64,000 bases of DNA, taken from the NCBI GenBank assembly GCA_049971805.1, contig JBMFKU010000006.1:1-64000 (forward strand), given 5' to 3'. The notes beneath the pieces are model-generated. The model saw nothing but the letters and a program-made list of their open reading frames with translations. It did no database searches and was not told the DNA's origin. Positions 19,719-30,712 of the stretch are shown here, in pieces. The stretch comes from Caldisphaera sp. (lineage in GTDB: Archaea > Thermoproteota > Thermoprotei_A > Sulfolobales > Acidilobaceae). The position numbers and the translations under genes were made by a program. The first letter of the stretch is position 1. Every line of letters begins with the position of its first letter.

Positions 19719-20314
19719 ATGAGATTTCCTTGCTTTTATATGAAACAAATTCTATAAAAATAGGTAATTTTTTATTGGCTAGCGGGAAAACAAGCTCGAT
19801 ATATATTGACATGAGAAACATGCTAGGATATCCAAACGGATTTAAAAAAGTTTCAGACTTATTAACAAATTTTGCAGAAAAAATAATAAAATCAAAAAAA
19901 ATAGATTCAATAGTTGGAGTAGCAACTGGAGGCATACCTTGGGCAACAATAATTTCTTATAAATTAATGATGCCCATGTCATACGTTAGACCTTCTAAAG
20001 GTCATGGAACAGATAGCAAAATTGAAGGTTTTAATGTGAATAAAAAGAATTGCTTGATTATCGATGATGTATCAACTACTGGAGAAAGCATAATATCAGC
20101 GGTAAAATTGATTAGATCCCTTGGAGGAATAGTCGATGAATCTCTAGTTATTATCGATAGAAATCAAGGGGCTTTAAGTAATTTAAGAAATGAAGGAGTA
20201 AACTTAAATTATTTGTTCTCCTTGAAGGATATATTAAATAGTCTGCAGAACCAAAATTTAATAGAAGAAAATATATTTAGAAAAATTAATCTTGAGCTTT
20301 ATGGGGTGCCTTAA
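19706..20314 (+). CDS. pyrE: Orotate phosphoribosyltransferase
   Basis: FLLASGKTSSIYID, IIDDVSTTGES. Confidence 0.95.
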   Translation: MQEMNEISLLLYETNSIKIGNFLLASGKTSSIYIDMRNMLGYPNGFKKVSDLLTNFAEKIIKSKKIDSIVGVATGGIPWATIISYKLMMPMSYVRPSKGHGTDSKIEGFNVNKKNCLIIDDVSTTGESIISAVKLIRSLGGIVDESLVIIDRNQGALSNLRNEGVNLNYLFSLKDILNSLQNQNLIEENIFRKINLELYGVP

Positions 20315-21242
20315 ATTGTGGAAAAATAAAGATGTAGTTAATATATTAGATTTTACTAGGAATGATCTTGAAGAATTGTTTGAGAAAACTGACGAGAAGG
20401 TAAGAGAACTAAAAGGAGGGAAGATTAAAAAAGAACTAGAAGGTAAGATAATAGGGCTAGCGTTTTTTGAACCATCAACAAGAACAAGAATGAGTTTTGA
20501 AACAGCTGCAAAAAGACTTGGAGCAGATACTGTTGGATTTACCAGCGAAGAAGGTACAAGTGTTGCTAAGGGGGAGACATTTGCAGATACTATAAAAATG
20601 ATCGATTCATATGTAGATGCAATAGTATTAAGACACAAATTTGAAGGTGCAGCAATGTTTGCCTCAAATATTGCAGAAAAACCGGTTATAAATGGTGGAG
20701 ACGGAAGGTCTCATCACCCAACACAAGCTATGCTTGATTTATATACATCGAGAGTATTGTTTAATACAATAGATGGATTAAGCTTTGCATTAGTTGGTGA
20801 CCTTAAATATTCAAGAACCGTTTCAAGCCTAATTTATGGTTTAACAATGTATAAACCAAAAGAAATAATATTAATTTCTCCTCAATCGCTCAAATTGAGA
20901 GAAGAAATTAAGATGCTTGCAGAAAATAAAGGCCTAAAGCTAAGAGAAGAACAAGAAATAGAAGCAATATCTGATGCTGATATAATTTATGTTACAAGGA
21001 TTCAGAAGGAAAGATTCCCAGATCTTCAAGAATATGAAAAAGTAAAAGGAAGCTATAAATTAACTAGAAAGCTATTAGAAAGCTATGCAAAAAAGGATGC
21101 AAAGGTTTTACACCCATTACCTAGGATCGATGAGCTTTCTCCAGATATTGACAGTACAAGCTATCAGGGATACTTTTTACAAGCAAGCCTTGGAGTTCCA
21201 TTGAGAATGTCCTTATTGTCTTTGGTATTAGGAGGTGATTGA
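20292..21242 (+). CDS. pyrB: Aspartate carbamoyltransferase, catalytic chain
   Basis: FFEPSTRTRMSF, HPTQAMLD, HPLPR. Confidence 0.97.
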   Translation: MSFMGCLKLWKNKDVVNILDFTRNDLEELFEKTDEKVRELKGGKIKKELEGKIIGLAFFEPSTRTRMSFETAAKRLGADTVGFTSEEGTSVAKGETFADTIKMIDSYVDAIVLRHKFEGAAMFASNIAEKPVINGGDGRSHHPTQAMLDLYTSRVLFNTIDGLSFALVGDLKYSRTVSSLIYGLTMYKPKEIILISPQSLKLREEIKMLAENKGLKLREEQEIEAISDADIIYVTRIQKERFPDLQEYEKVKGSYKLTRKLLESYAKKDAKVLHPLPRIDELSPDIDSTSYQGYFLQASLGVPLRMSLLSLVLGGD

Positions 21243-21732
21243 GTTGTCAAAAAGCAAAGAAAAGCTATTAGTTAGTAAGATAGCCAATGGTACAGTTATT
21301 GATCATATAAATTCAGGCAGGTCCTTAGTAGTCCTAAAAATTTTAAACATAAAAGGTAATGAAGGCTTTAGAATGGCACTAGTTATGAATGTACCGAGCA
21401 CCACCATGGGAAAGAAAGATATAGTAAAGCTTGAAGATTACTACCCAAATTCTGAAGACCTTGAAAAAATTAGCCTGATTTCTCCTAATGCTACAATAAA
21501 TATTATTAAAGACTATCAAGTCATAAAGAAATACAAGGTTGAAATACCTAAGAAAATAAAGGGAACTCTTAAATGCAATAATCCCACATGCATTACAAGA
21601 AAACCAGGAGAGCCTATACAAAGTAGCTTTACTTTGATTAGTAAAGATAAAATAAAATTACAATGCGATTATTGCGGTTCAATATTAACAGAGGATGATA
21701 TTATAAATGAATTAATCGGCGAAAATAAATGA
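21235..21732 (+). CDS. pyrI: Aspartate carbamoyltransferase, regulatory chain
   Basis: NGTVIDHI, KKDIVK, CNNPTCIT, CDYC. Confidence 0.97.
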   Translation: MIELSKSKEKLLVSKIANGTVIDHINSGRSLVVLKILNIKGNEGFRMALVMNVPSTTMGKKDIVKLEDYYPNSEDLEKISLISPNATINIIKDYQVIKKYKVEIPKKIKGTLKCNNPTCITRKPGEPIQSSFTLISKDKIKLQCDYCGSILTEDDIINELIGENK

Positions 21733-22967
21733 TTATATCATCTGTTTGTGGGAAAATATTTGATTATAGAGGTTTTTTAGGTAATAATTGCATAAATATA
21801 AATGATGATGGTTATATAGATTCTATCAGTAAATTACCAAAGTCTAACAAAAAATACGAGTACAGTAACTATATAATTGCACCAGGATTGATAGATTTGC
21901 ATGTTCATCTTAGGGGGCTTGATCTATCATATAAAGAAGATGAAGAAACTGGAACGAAGTCTGCAGTCCAATCAGGTTTTACGTTAGTTGTTGATATGCC
22001 AAACACTAAACCAAAATTAAATAACAGGAAATCGATTGAACTTAAACTAAATGAACTTAAAAACAAAAGCTATACGGACTATGGGGTTTACTCAGGCGTT
22101 CCATCTAAAATTGATGATATAGAAGAAATAATTGATTTACCTATAGCAGGTTTCAAAATTTATCCAGAGGACTTGGGATCTAAAATTAATATAATAAAAA
22201 AATTACTAAATATAAATAAATTAGTTATATTACATCCAGAGCTTCAGGAAGCGGAGAAAATAAATGATTTGGAAAATTTTGAAAGAGGTTTAGTTAGGGG
22301 TTGCCATTATGAATCTTCAGCAGTTGACTATTTAAATTCAATAGACTATGAGGCAAAAAAGATTCATATAACTCATGCAAGCTGTCCTTCAACTGTCTAT
22401 GAGGCAAAAAAGTTTAATTATACAGTTGATTCAACACCTCATCATATTTTTTATGATAGCAATAACATGGGCTGTTACTATAGAGTAAACCCACCACTGA
22501 GAGATAGAGAAACAAAATACAGTTTATTTAAGTTATTAATTGATGGACAAATTGATGCCATGTGCAGCGATCATGCACCTCACTCAGATAGAGAAAAAAA
22601 TAATTTTATTACTTGCCCTTCTGGCATACCTTGGTTAGGATTGTGGCCTTGGCTCGTATTTAAGCTAGTAACTCTTGGCTTAATCAGTATTGATAGATTT
22701 CTTTTCTTATTATCATACAGCCCAGCAAAGATATTAGGATTAAGCAACTATGGTTATATAGATAGAAATGCAAGAGCAGATCTAATAGTTATTGATAAAT
22801 CAATGAAATGGAGATTTGTTGAAACATTCAGCAAGGCACCTTATAATATGCATTTTATGGAAGAAATGTATGGTTTTCCAATAAAGGTATTTGTTGGAGG
22901 AAAGCTTGTATCTGATTACAGAAACATTATAGATAGGCCTGAACCTATTAATCCATTTGCAAAGTAA
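21729..22967 (+). CDS. pyrC: Dihydroorotase
   Basis: PGLIDLHVHLR, DMPNT, VNPPLR, SDHAPH. Confidence 0.93.
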   Translation: MIISSVCGKIFDYRGFLGNNCININDDGYIDSISKLPKSNKKYEYSNYIIAPGLIDLHVHLRGLDLSYKEDEETGTKSAVQSGFTLVVDMPNTKPKLNNRKSIELKLNELKNKSYTDYGVYSGVPSKIDDIEEIIDLPIAGFKIYPEDLGSKINIIKKLLNINKLVILHPELQEAEKINDLENFERGLVRGCHYESSAVDYLNSIDYEAKKIHITHASCPSTVYEAKKFNYTVDSTPHHIFYDSNNMGCYYRVNPPLRDRETKYSLFKLLIDGQIDAMCSDHAPHSDREKNNFITCPSGIPWLGLWPWLVFKLVTLGLISIDRFLFLLSYSPAKILGLSNYGYIDRNARADLIVIDKSMKWRFVETFSKAPYNMHFMEEMYGFPIKVFVGGKLVSDYRNIIDRPEPINPFAK

Positions 22968-23031
22968 CAATGATACTTGCTAATAATATGAGGAAATAAA
23001 ATTAAATTTATAAGGCCTATTTTCAAAATAA

Positions 23032-23646
23032 TTAATTCTTTAATGAAGATAAAACCTTTGAAGATCTTTGATATATTGTTATGGCTCCAAATAATGCTAT
23101 TATTGATACTATTATGTTTGATATCAATACTTGTCTAAATATTAATAAAATTGAGACTATGAAAAGCAATAATAGCCTTTCACTCCTTTCTAATAGGCCT
23201 ATACCCTCCATTTTAACACCTATTAGCTCTCCTTTTGACCTTGAATAACTAACTATCTCAGACAAGCCTAAGGCTATTATAGCTATAAAGGCATTAACAC
23301 CAGATAAAGCTAACGCTAAGAAAAAAAGCATATCCGATAATCTATCGGTTAATGAATCTAGATAGGCCCCAAATCTACTAGTTTTACTAGTTGCTCTAGC
23401 TATAGCTCCGTCGATTATATCCATGAAGCCAGATAATAAAATAACTACTGGGATTCCATAATAAATTTTAAAATATGCTAATATTGGAGCAAGTATTGCA
23501 AATAAAAAACCAATTAATGTTGCGTCATTAGCAGTTAGCCCAGCCTTAGCAAAGAAATTACCTAGTGTTTTTGGTAAATACTCATTAATGTATTTCCTCA
23601 ACTTTCCTAACAAAATAGCTTCCTCCTTAGGTATATCTGCCAGCAT
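23032..23646 (-). CDS. CDP-alcohol phosphatidyltransferase (archaetidylinositol-phosphate synthase-like)
   Basis: DIIDGAIAR...GAYLDSLTDR; SYSRSKGE, ERSER. Confidence 0.88.
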   Translation of the reverse strand: MLADIPKEEAILLGKLRKYINEYLPKTLGNFFAKAGLTANDATLIGFLFAILAPILAYFKIYYGIPVVILLSGFMDIIDGAIARATSKTSRFGAYLDSLTDRLSDMLFFLALALSGVNAFIAIIALGLSEIVSYSRSKGELIGVKMEGIGLLERSERLLLLFIVSILLIFRQVLISNIIVSIIALFGAITIYQRSSKVLSSLKN

Positions 23647-24385
23647 TTATACTTAATACATGCCCAGTTATTCCCCTTGATAGTTTTGGATCTGATAAGA
23701 AATAAACTGCTTCAGCAATATCATCAGGCTCCAGCAAAATTTTTAATGGATGTAAATCTATAACAGATTTCTTCCTATTTTCATCTTTTAATATATCTGC
23801 AACCATATCAGTATTAACAAAACTTGGCGCAACAGCATTTACTCTTATCCCATATTTTGCAAATTCAGTAGATAATCTTTTTGTTAATCCTATGAGACCT
23901 GCCTTTGCAACAACATAAGAAATTCCTCCATAAACATTTCCAGTTTGTCCTGCTATGCTGGAAACATTAACTATTGATGCCCATTTTGATTTTTTTAATA
24001 AATCCAAAAAATTCTTTATGATTAGAAATGGACCTGTTAAATCAATCCCTATAATATTATTCCATTCTTCTAAGGTTACATCCTCAAATTGAGTATAGCT
24101 AATTATTCCAGCATTATTTACCAAAACATTTATATGATCGACAAGCCCATTAACAACCTCTTTAGCATATGTTATGCTTTTTTCTGAAGATAAATCCAAT
24201 TTTAAGCTATATGCTTTTTCAGCTCCAATATCTAAAAGTTCTTTAACTGTTTCTTTGGTACCTTGCTCGTTTCTATTATAGGAAATTATTACAACATATT
24301 TTTCTTTTGCAAATCTTTTTGCTATAGCTTTACCTATCCCCCTATCCCCTCCAGTTATGAAAGATACATTACTCATTTCAACCAC
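23627..24385 (-). CDS. SDR oxidoreductase (FabG-like)
   Basis: TGGDRGIG, NNAG, YVVAK. Confidence 0.9.
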   Translation of the reverse strand: MVEMSNVSFITGGDRGIGKAIAKRFAKEKYVVIISYNRNEQGTKETVKELLDIGAEKAYSLKLDLSSEKSITYAKEVVNGLVDHINVLVNNAGIISYTQFEDVTLEEWNNIIGIDLTGPFLIIKNFLDLLKKSKWASIVNVSSIAGQTGNVYGGISYVVAKAGLIGLTKRLSTEFAKYGIRVNAVAPSFVNTDMVADILKDENRKKSVIDLHPLKILLEPDDIAEAVYFLSDPKLSRGITGHVLSINAGRYT

Positions 24386-24395
24386 CTTTTCTGAA

Positions 24396-25352
24396 TTAAA
24401 TTTTTAATACGGCTCTTCCAACTATTTTTCCTCCATTTATATCATTATATGCCTTATTAATTTCATCTAATTTATATAAACTATAAAATGGTTTAATCTT
24501 GTTTTTTCCTATTAAATCTATAGCCTCTTCATATTCTTTCTTTGTATATGCTGCAGTTCCAATTATAGATATTTCATTCATAACAACAAAAGCTGGTCTG
24601 ATAATTTTAATTTCTTCTCCACTTATATTTCCAATTAATATTAATTTACCCCTTTTCTTTAAAGATAACATGCTATCATTAATTGTCAACGAACCAACAA
24701 TTTCAAAGACTGAATCCATTTTTCCCTCTTTTTTATAAAAATCAAAAGACTTAACAGGAAATACGCCCAAATCCTTTAAAATTTTTTCCTTTTCCTCACT
24801 TCTTGCATACCCATATACCTCATAATTCTTATTAACCAGATATTGAATTCCATGGATTCCAACTCCTCCCGTGGATCCCGTGACAAAGACTTTTGATCCC
24901 TTATCTAAGCCTGCTAATATATCTGCATGAATTATTGTAGCTACTCCGCAAGTAGATGCAGCATATTTTTCAAAGTTTTCATCTGGTAAATCAATCAGAT
25001 TCCATTCTGATACAGAAATTTTTTCTGTATATCCACCTTGTTCTTTTTCACCTATTATACTATAATCTGTACACAAATTTTCCCTTCCTTCCATTTCTTT
25101 TAAACACTTTTCAGATACATTAGCAGGAAAAACTGCTACTGGTTTGTAATTATAAATCCCAAATATTTCATGACCTAAAATTAACGGAGGCTTTAAATTT
25201 TTAAATCCACCTTTCCATATTACTTGGTCTCTTCCACAAATTCCTACAGCCTTGTTTTCAACTATAACATTCCCTTCTTTGTTTTCTAAATTGATATACT
25301 CTATTGAAAATGGTCTGTTAAATTCCTTTAAAACCGCAGCTTTGATTTTCAT
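24396..25352 (-). CDS. Zn-dependent MDR alcohol dehydrogenase / acryloyl-CoA reductase-like
   Basis: GICGRD, LGHE, VTGSTGGVGIH, GRAVL. Confidence 0.85.
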   Translation of the reverse strand: MKIKAAVLKEFNRPFSIEYINLENKEGNVIVENKAVGICGRDQVIWKGGFKNLKPPLILGHEIFGIYNYKPVAVFPANVSEKCLKEMEGRENLCTDYSIIGEKEQGGYTEKISVSEWNLIDLPDENFEKYAASTCGVATIIHADILAGLDKGSKVFVTGSTGGVGIHGIQYLVNKNYEVYGYARSEEKEKILKDLGVFPVKSFDFYKKEGKMDSVFEIVGSLTINDSMLSLKKRGKLILIGNISGEEIKIIRPAFVVMNEISIIGTAAYTKKEYEEAIDLIGKNKIKPFYSLYKLDEINKAYNDINGGKIVGRAVLKI

Positions 25353-25397
25353 TTTTTCACCAATTAAAAAACTTAAGATAAAAATTTAAATTTATTT

Positions 25398-26228
25398 TTA
25401 AATTCCTATATGCATGACTCTAAATATCATATAAATACCAACTATTACTATTATTATACCATAAGCCTTCTGCAAAGTTGATTTAGGAGCTTTTACAGCT
25501 AAAATTGTTCCAAAATATCCGCCAAGCAAACCACCTAATAAATATAACAAAGAGATTGAAACTATCGTGTCTCCATAATGTAAATATAGCAAGCCGCTTG
25601 CAAGACCAAAGGTACCGACACTTATTAATGAAGTCCCTATCGCTCTAGATATACATAATGATGCAGAAAACATTAAAGCAGGTACTATAAGAAAACCTCC
25701 TCCTATACCAAAATAACCGCTTACTAATCCAACTAAAAAGCCAAAAAATCCAATAATAGCTATTGTTTTAGGTGTTAGATTTCTGCATTTATTAAATGCT
25801 TCATTAATTCTTGGTATTTCTTCGTGTGTTCCAGCCTTTGTTGCATTTTTTTTAAAGCCAACATAAAAACCTAGTATTATCATGGCAATTGAGAAATATA
25901 GCAATAAACTAGACCCTGGTGTTATGTGACCTAAATAAGTTCCGATTAATGAACCGACAAGACCAACTCCTGCAAAAATTCCCCCAATTTTTACTCCAAC
26001 ATTGTGCTTTCTCAAATGCATATAAGAATTAACATACGCATTTAACCCTACAGCTAAAGCCGTTGTACCTAAGGCTATATGGGCGGCATTAGGCATATTG
26101 CTTAAACCTACAAAGTATAGCAATAATGGCACAGCTAATATTGATCCACCTCCACCAATCAATCCAAGAGAAAATCCTACTATGATACCTGAAACTATTG
26201 AAAGACCATATTGCATTAAAGTTATCAT
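25398..26228 (-). CDS. TauE/SafE sulfite exporter family
   Basis: GLIGGGGSILAVP and GYFGIGGGFLIVP repeats. Confidence 0.9.
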   Translation of the reverse strand: MITLMQYGLSIVSGIIVGFSLGLIGGGGSILAVPLLLYFVGLSNMPNAAHIALGTTALAVGLNAYVNSYMHLRKHNVGVKIGGIFAGVGLVGSLIGTYLGHITPGSSLLLYFSIAMIILGFYVGFKKNATKAGTHEEIPRINEAFNKCRNLTPKTIAIIGFFGFLVGLVSGYFGIGGGFLIVPALMFSASLCISRAIGTSLISVGTFGLASGLLYLHYGDTIVSISLLYLLGGLLGGYFGTILAVKAPKSTLQKAYGIIIVIVGIYMIFRVMHIGI

Positions 26229-26308
26229 TTTAAACCACCTTTACAAATTATAATTTGTTTATTAAAAAGTAATATAAGCCTTTATGTATTTCTAATATAC
26301 ATTTTTAT

Positions 26309-27493
26309 TTAAATAATGTCAATAGATTTTAACTCCTTCATCAACTCATTATAAGCTACTATTCTAGATACATTTTTTGTTCCTAGAGGACCAGGTCTTT
26401 TCATAAAGAACCTATTTATTGATGTTACTGTGCCTTTATAACCTCTATCAATATATGCTTTGGTTATAGGTATTACAGAAGCCATTAAACCGCCTAAGTT
26501 AGATTTATCATTTATTCTACCTGTTACAACTATTTCATCTTTATATCCACCAAATCCTACATACTCAATGTGCATTGCTACAAACTTTTTATCACCCAAT
26601 GGCTCTAGAAAGCCTGTTGGTTTAATATAATGGGGGGCATCATAACCCAATATATCGTTAACTATGCTTCCTTTTGTGTTTTCTTTTGATTTATTTCTTT
26701 CTGGCTCTGTTAGGCTTAAAAAGTCCATATTTCCCCCTATATTAAACTGGGCAACCGAAGATACCTTCCTATTCCTTTCTGCCATATGCTCTAGTAAATC
26801 TGCTGTCAATGGGGTTGCTCCCGTTGCCGCATCGTCTCCAAAAACTAAACCTCCCACTTTTTCATAATAGGATATCACTCCTGGAGAATTTGCTAGCAAG
26901 GGAGGAGTTAGATTAATAAAAGATACCTTGTTATGCAATCTACTGTACTCTGCTGCAGCATATGCATAAGCCAAAGAAGCCCCTCCTCCACAACTAGTTG
27001 CTAATTTTACAAACTCGGATTCATTATTTATTTGTATCTGTTTTTCTGTAGTAATAATGTTAACTATAATATCTGGTTTTAACTTGTCTAGCAAGGAAAT
27101 AAACTCATTTATAGCAATGCTTGGTTCTCCAATTATATCGTCTAGTCCTGTTGCATCTATGGGTAAGCCCAATGTACTTTTGCAATGGAGACCCCTTAGG
27201 ATTTCTATATCTTTTAGCGAATTTGGTATACTATTTTCATTAAGTAATTTGCTTGTTACAGAATGCATATCTAAACCAATTTTTTTATTATCCACTTCAA
27301 AAACTGCCAAAATTTGTATTTCTTCGGGCCTATACGATCTAAAAAGATTTCCAAAAGGAATTCCATAGGCTTCTATTTCTCCCGTTTTTAATCTTTCTAT
27401 TCCAGCTGCAAAATAAGCAGCTCCTGGTCCTGCACCTAATAATATCGTTCTTATTGGCAAGCTAACACACCTATCTTGTTTATTAAATTGCAC
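26309..27493 (-). CDS. ino1: myo-inositol-1-phosphate synthase
   Basis: GDDAATGATP, QFNIGGNMDF, SKENTK, LGDKKF, RIND. Confidence 0.88.
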   Translation of the reverse strand: MQFNKQDRCVSLPIRTILLGAGPGAAYFAAGIERLKTGEIEAYGIPFGNLFRSYRPEEIQILAVFEVDNKKIGLDMHSVTSKLLNENSIPNSLKDIEILRGLHCKSTLGLPIDATGLDDIIGEPSIAINEFISLLDKLKPDIIVNIITTEKQIQINNESEFVKLATSCGGGASLAYAYAAAEYSRLHNKVSFINLTPPLLANSPGVISYYEKVGGLVFGDDAATGATPLTADLLEHMAERNRKVSSVAQFNIGGNMDFLSLTEPERNKSKENTKGSIVNDILGYDAPHYIKPTGFLEPLGDKKFVAMHIEYVGFGGYKDEIVVTGRINDKSNLGGLMASVIPITKAYIDRGYKGTVTSINRFFMKRPGPLGTKNVSRIVAYNELMKELKSIDII

Positions 27494-27567
27494 AGAGCAG
27501 ATATAAAACCTTTCGCTTTTTGAAAGAAGGTATTATTTTTTGAGCAACCAATGACAAGTATTAACTA

Positions 27568-27849
27568 TTATTTTGCCAATGCTTCTCCTGCTGCTACATC
27601 TGGAGTGAAGCTAATATATTGAACCATACTACCCCTTATTAATATTTTTCCAATTTTTGCAATTACTTGCTTACCATCTTTTACCTCTATGGAATCATCT
27701 AATATTAAATTCATTGTTGTATCGGTCATTTTTAATGTACCAACAAATTCACTGCCATCTTTTAGCTTTACATATACCTGTGTATCTATCGCATCTCTCA
27801 AATACTTCATTGGAGTCGTTGTTTTATTTTCTCCAGGCATCTTATACAC
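27568..27849 (-). CDS. Sm-like archaeal protein (Lsm)
   Basis: VYVKLKDGSEFVGTL..D..MNLIL; ILIRG. Confidence 0.9.
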   Translation of the reverse strand: MYKMPGENKTTTPMKYLRDAIDTQVYVKLKDGSEFVGTLKMTDTTMNLILDDSIEVKDGKQVIAKIGKILIRGSMVQYISFTPDVAAGEALAK

Positions 27850-27897
27850 CCTTTACTAACACTCAAGACTAAATTGTAAAAGCTCGTATTTTAAAGC

Positions 27898-28677
27898 TTA
27901 TATATTCTGGGTCTTTGTGCCTTGATCTTCAGATAATTTTCCATATTTTCTAATAATTTCATATAGCCTTTTTGGATTTTTAGAATAGAATCTCAGTTTT
28001 GTTATAGTTCTTTTTCCTTCCTTTATTACTTCTACAAACTTTCTATCTTCATTTATGTTTACATTAACTTCATTAGGCAATGGGAATGCTATTCCTTTTG
28101 TCGATATCATACCTTTTATGACTATTCCCTTATCTGTAATAGTATATTGGGATGGTGTGTTTATCATAGGTAATTTCTTTATCCTGCTAACAGCCCAAAT
28201 CATATTTAAGGTTGTTATGATAAAGTAGCCTTCAAAATAGATTAGAAATGCTAAAAACAAATCCAACCTAGCGCTATATGATATATAATATCCCAAAAAC
28301 TTAGCTAGGTCTGGCACATATTTAAACAAAACAAAGAAATATATTAAACCTATAAACATACCAATGGTTGTATATAGTGTGAATTTAGTTTGCTCTTGAA
28401 AATCAACCATTACTTGTTTATCTTTCATTTGTATGCTTCTTGTTTCTGGTTCATGATATAGTCTTTTTCCTTGCAATATTTCTGTTACTTTGGTGTTTTT
28501 ACCTAATGGACTTCCTCCCAAATAGCTTTGCAGAAACATGCTAATCATAACAAATATTATAACCAATATGAAAAGCATGTAGTTAACTCCAATAAATGCA
28601 GCCGATACAGAATAGATTAATATATATACCTGATTTAATAGGGTTGATTTCCATCTCTGTTCAACCATGTATGACAT
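27898..28677 (-). CDS. Conserved crenarchaeal membrane protein (DUF2208-like)
   Basis: Four TM segments plus a soluble C-terminus (YTITDKGI...RFYSKNPKRL). Confidence 0.6.
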   Translation of the reverse strand: MSYMVEQRWKSTLLNQVYILIYSVSAAFIGVNYMLFILVIIFVMISMFLQSYLGGSPLGKNTKVTEILQGKRLYHEPETRSIQMKDKQVMVDFQEQTKFTLYTTIGMFIGLIYFFVLFKYVPDLAKFLGYYISYSARLDLFLAFLIYFEGYFIITTLNMIWAVSRIKKLPMINTPSQYTITDKGIVIKGMISTKGIAFPLPNEVNVNINEDRKFVEVIKEGKRTITKLRFYSKNPKRLYEIIRKYGKLSEDQGTKTQNI

Positions 28678-28833
28678 TTTTCCACCACGATGTCTATTTT
28701 TTATCTTCTATAAATTATAACTCTAATCCTCCTTTTTAAATATTGATAAAAAACAAAAAATAATGAGATTTTAGAAGAATTTTCATCGATTTTTTCTATT
28801 AATTCAATGCATTTTAATGATACTATTAATAAG

Positions 28834-28948
28834 CTGACCTCTATCCCGCCCTGAAGGGGGTGTTCTCGATATCTTGAGGGTTACCTATGGGAGCTACTCT
28901 ATTATGAAATACGATATAAGATATTGGTTTCTTTACATTTCTTACTAT
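28834..28948 (-). mobile_element. Solo right end (omegaRNA region) of the same IS605 family as 4413-5074
   Basis: Reverse complement matches 4960-5074, with the first 35 nt identical; intact terminus CTTCAGGGCGGGATAGAGGTCAG. Confidence 0.85.
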
Positions 28949-29053
28949 CAAACCTTTAGGAGAAAAGTTCCCGATAAAAGTGTGGATAAGTGGTAAAACC
29001 TAAAAAACATTTAAAGGAACCATTTAGAATGAGAAAAAAATAAGGCGAATAAA

Positions 29054-30154
29054 ATGGAAATAAAAGCAGGTTTAGCGCTAATAGGAAAAGAATTATCAGT
29101 TAAAAAAGATGTCTGTATTAATATAAATAATGATGGCATAATAGAATCCATAGGAAGCAATAATACCTGTAATAACTCCATAGGAAGCACCAATCTAATT
29201 GCGATACCACAGCCTGCTAATTCTCATGTGCATAGTGGAGATAACGGCTTTCCAGAATATGGAATAGGAAAAAATTTACATGAGCTTGTTTCATACCCTG
29301 ATGGTTTAAAGCACAAACTATTAAATTCTTTGCCTTATAATTCTTTAATAAATGGAATAATGAAATTTTATGAAACAGCCTATAATATGGGTTTAGGATT
29401 ATTAATAGATTTTAGAGAAGGTGGAGGTGTTGGATGTAAAGCATCTAAAGATGCTCTAAGCATTTTAAACAATAAAATAGATGTTTTAATATTAGGAAGA
29501 CCAGGCCCGGATTTTCCAAGATATTGCGATGGATTAGGAATTTCAAGTCCATTAGACTACAATCCTGAAGAAATAGTAAGACTTTCAAATACATATAGAC
29601 CCTCAATGACTCATGTTGCCGAAGACCCTGAAAGTAGAGAAAAATTTGACTTTGAGATTAGCCTGAAAGCAAGCTTCGATGCAATAATCCATGGATTATA
29701 TCTTAATGAAAAAGATTTCATCAAATTAAGTCAGACAAATACATATCTAATTTTTTGCCCAACAAGCAACTTATGGCATGGTCTAAGAATACCCCCTATA
29801 GATTTAGCCTTAAAATATAATATAAAATTTTCTGTAGGAACAGATAATGCTTCATGGTTTTTACCAGATATATACAAAGAAGTAAACGAATTGTTACTAT
29901 TTTTAAGACTAAAGGGGATTAAAGGAGAAGATGTAGCAAAGAAACTATTAGAAAGCATATACTTAAATGGTTATTACTTAGCAAAAATAAGGCCAAAAAT
30001 AATTGAAGAAGGTAATTTTGCAAACTTTTTGCTTATAGATGGAGATAATTCTAACATATTAAGATCGATAAATATATATAATGCTATAGTTAAGAGAGTC
30101 ATGCCTGGTTTTATAAAATATAGGATTGATAGAAAAAAAATTTATTCTTTTTAA
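29054..30154 (+). CDS. Amidohydrolase/deaminase family
   Basis: NSHVHSGD, THVAE, IIHG, CPTSN, GTDN. Confidence 0.88.
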   Translation: MEIKAGLALIGKELSVKKDVCININNDGIIESIGSNNTCNNSIGSTNLIAIPQPANSHVHSGDNGFPEYGIGKNLHELVSYPDGLKHKLLNSLPYNSLINGIMKFYETAYNMGLGLLIDFREGGGVGCKASKDALSILNNKIDVLILGRPGPDFPRYCDGLGISSPLDYNPEEIVRLSNTYRPSMTHVAEDPESREKFDFEISLKASFDAIIHGLYLNEKDFIKLSQTNTYLIFCPTSNLWHGLRIPPIDLALKYNIKFSVGTDNASWFLPDIYKEVNELLLFLRLKGIKGEDVAKKLLESIYLNGYYLAKIRPKIIEEGNFANFLLIDGDNSNILRSINIYNAIVKRVMPGFIKYRIDRKKIYSF

Positions 30155-30161
30155 TTTTTAT

Positions 30162-30515
30162 TTACTCTTTACCCAAACCAGCATCTATTAATTTCTTTAG
30201 GCTTACAGTATCTAATACATTCCCACTTATTTTTAGCTGTCTTGTCATAAATGCTTTCATTGAATCTAATTCCCCGCTAATAATTTTTTTCATTATATCT
30301 GGTTTTGCTGTTAAAGTTGCTATTGGATTAGGATGCTTTCCTTCAGAAATCTTTAATTTACCATTGCTTATTTCAACATAAAATTCTCCATTACCTTCTA
30401 TAACAAATTGATAAACTTTGTTCCACGTCTTTATTTCAGATACTCTCTCAATAGCTTTATCAAATATATTTTGAAAAGATTCTTTCATTTCATCCAAAGA
30501 CATCTTGTCCACCAT
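30162..30515 (-). CDS. SCP2 sterol-carrier-domain protein
   Basis: GELDSMKAFMTRQLKISGN. Confidence 0.88.
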   Translation of the reverse strand: MVDKMSLDEMKESFQNIFDKAIERVSEIKTWNKVYQFVIEGNGEFYVEISNGKLKISEGKHPNPIATLTAKPDIMKKIISGELDSMKAFMTRQLKISGNVLDTVSLKKLIDAGLGKE

Positions 30516-30712
30516 TTTAGTATTTTCAAAAAAAATAATTATTGTTAAATAATAAACTCGATCATTAGGAGTTTAATTGCTAAGCTTATATATTTGCTCC
30601 AAAATTTATTTATTAATCAAAAAATTAGATAAGATTATAAATATTTATTTCGTGGGAAAACATAAGCATTTTAAGATGAAAATTATAAACTGTTCAGCTA
30701 GATTAAAAAAAG

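Noticed and set aside
19044-22967. pyr operon lacking pyrD and carAB
   Set aside because: These genes are often located elsewhere in crenarchaea; absence from the window is uninformative.
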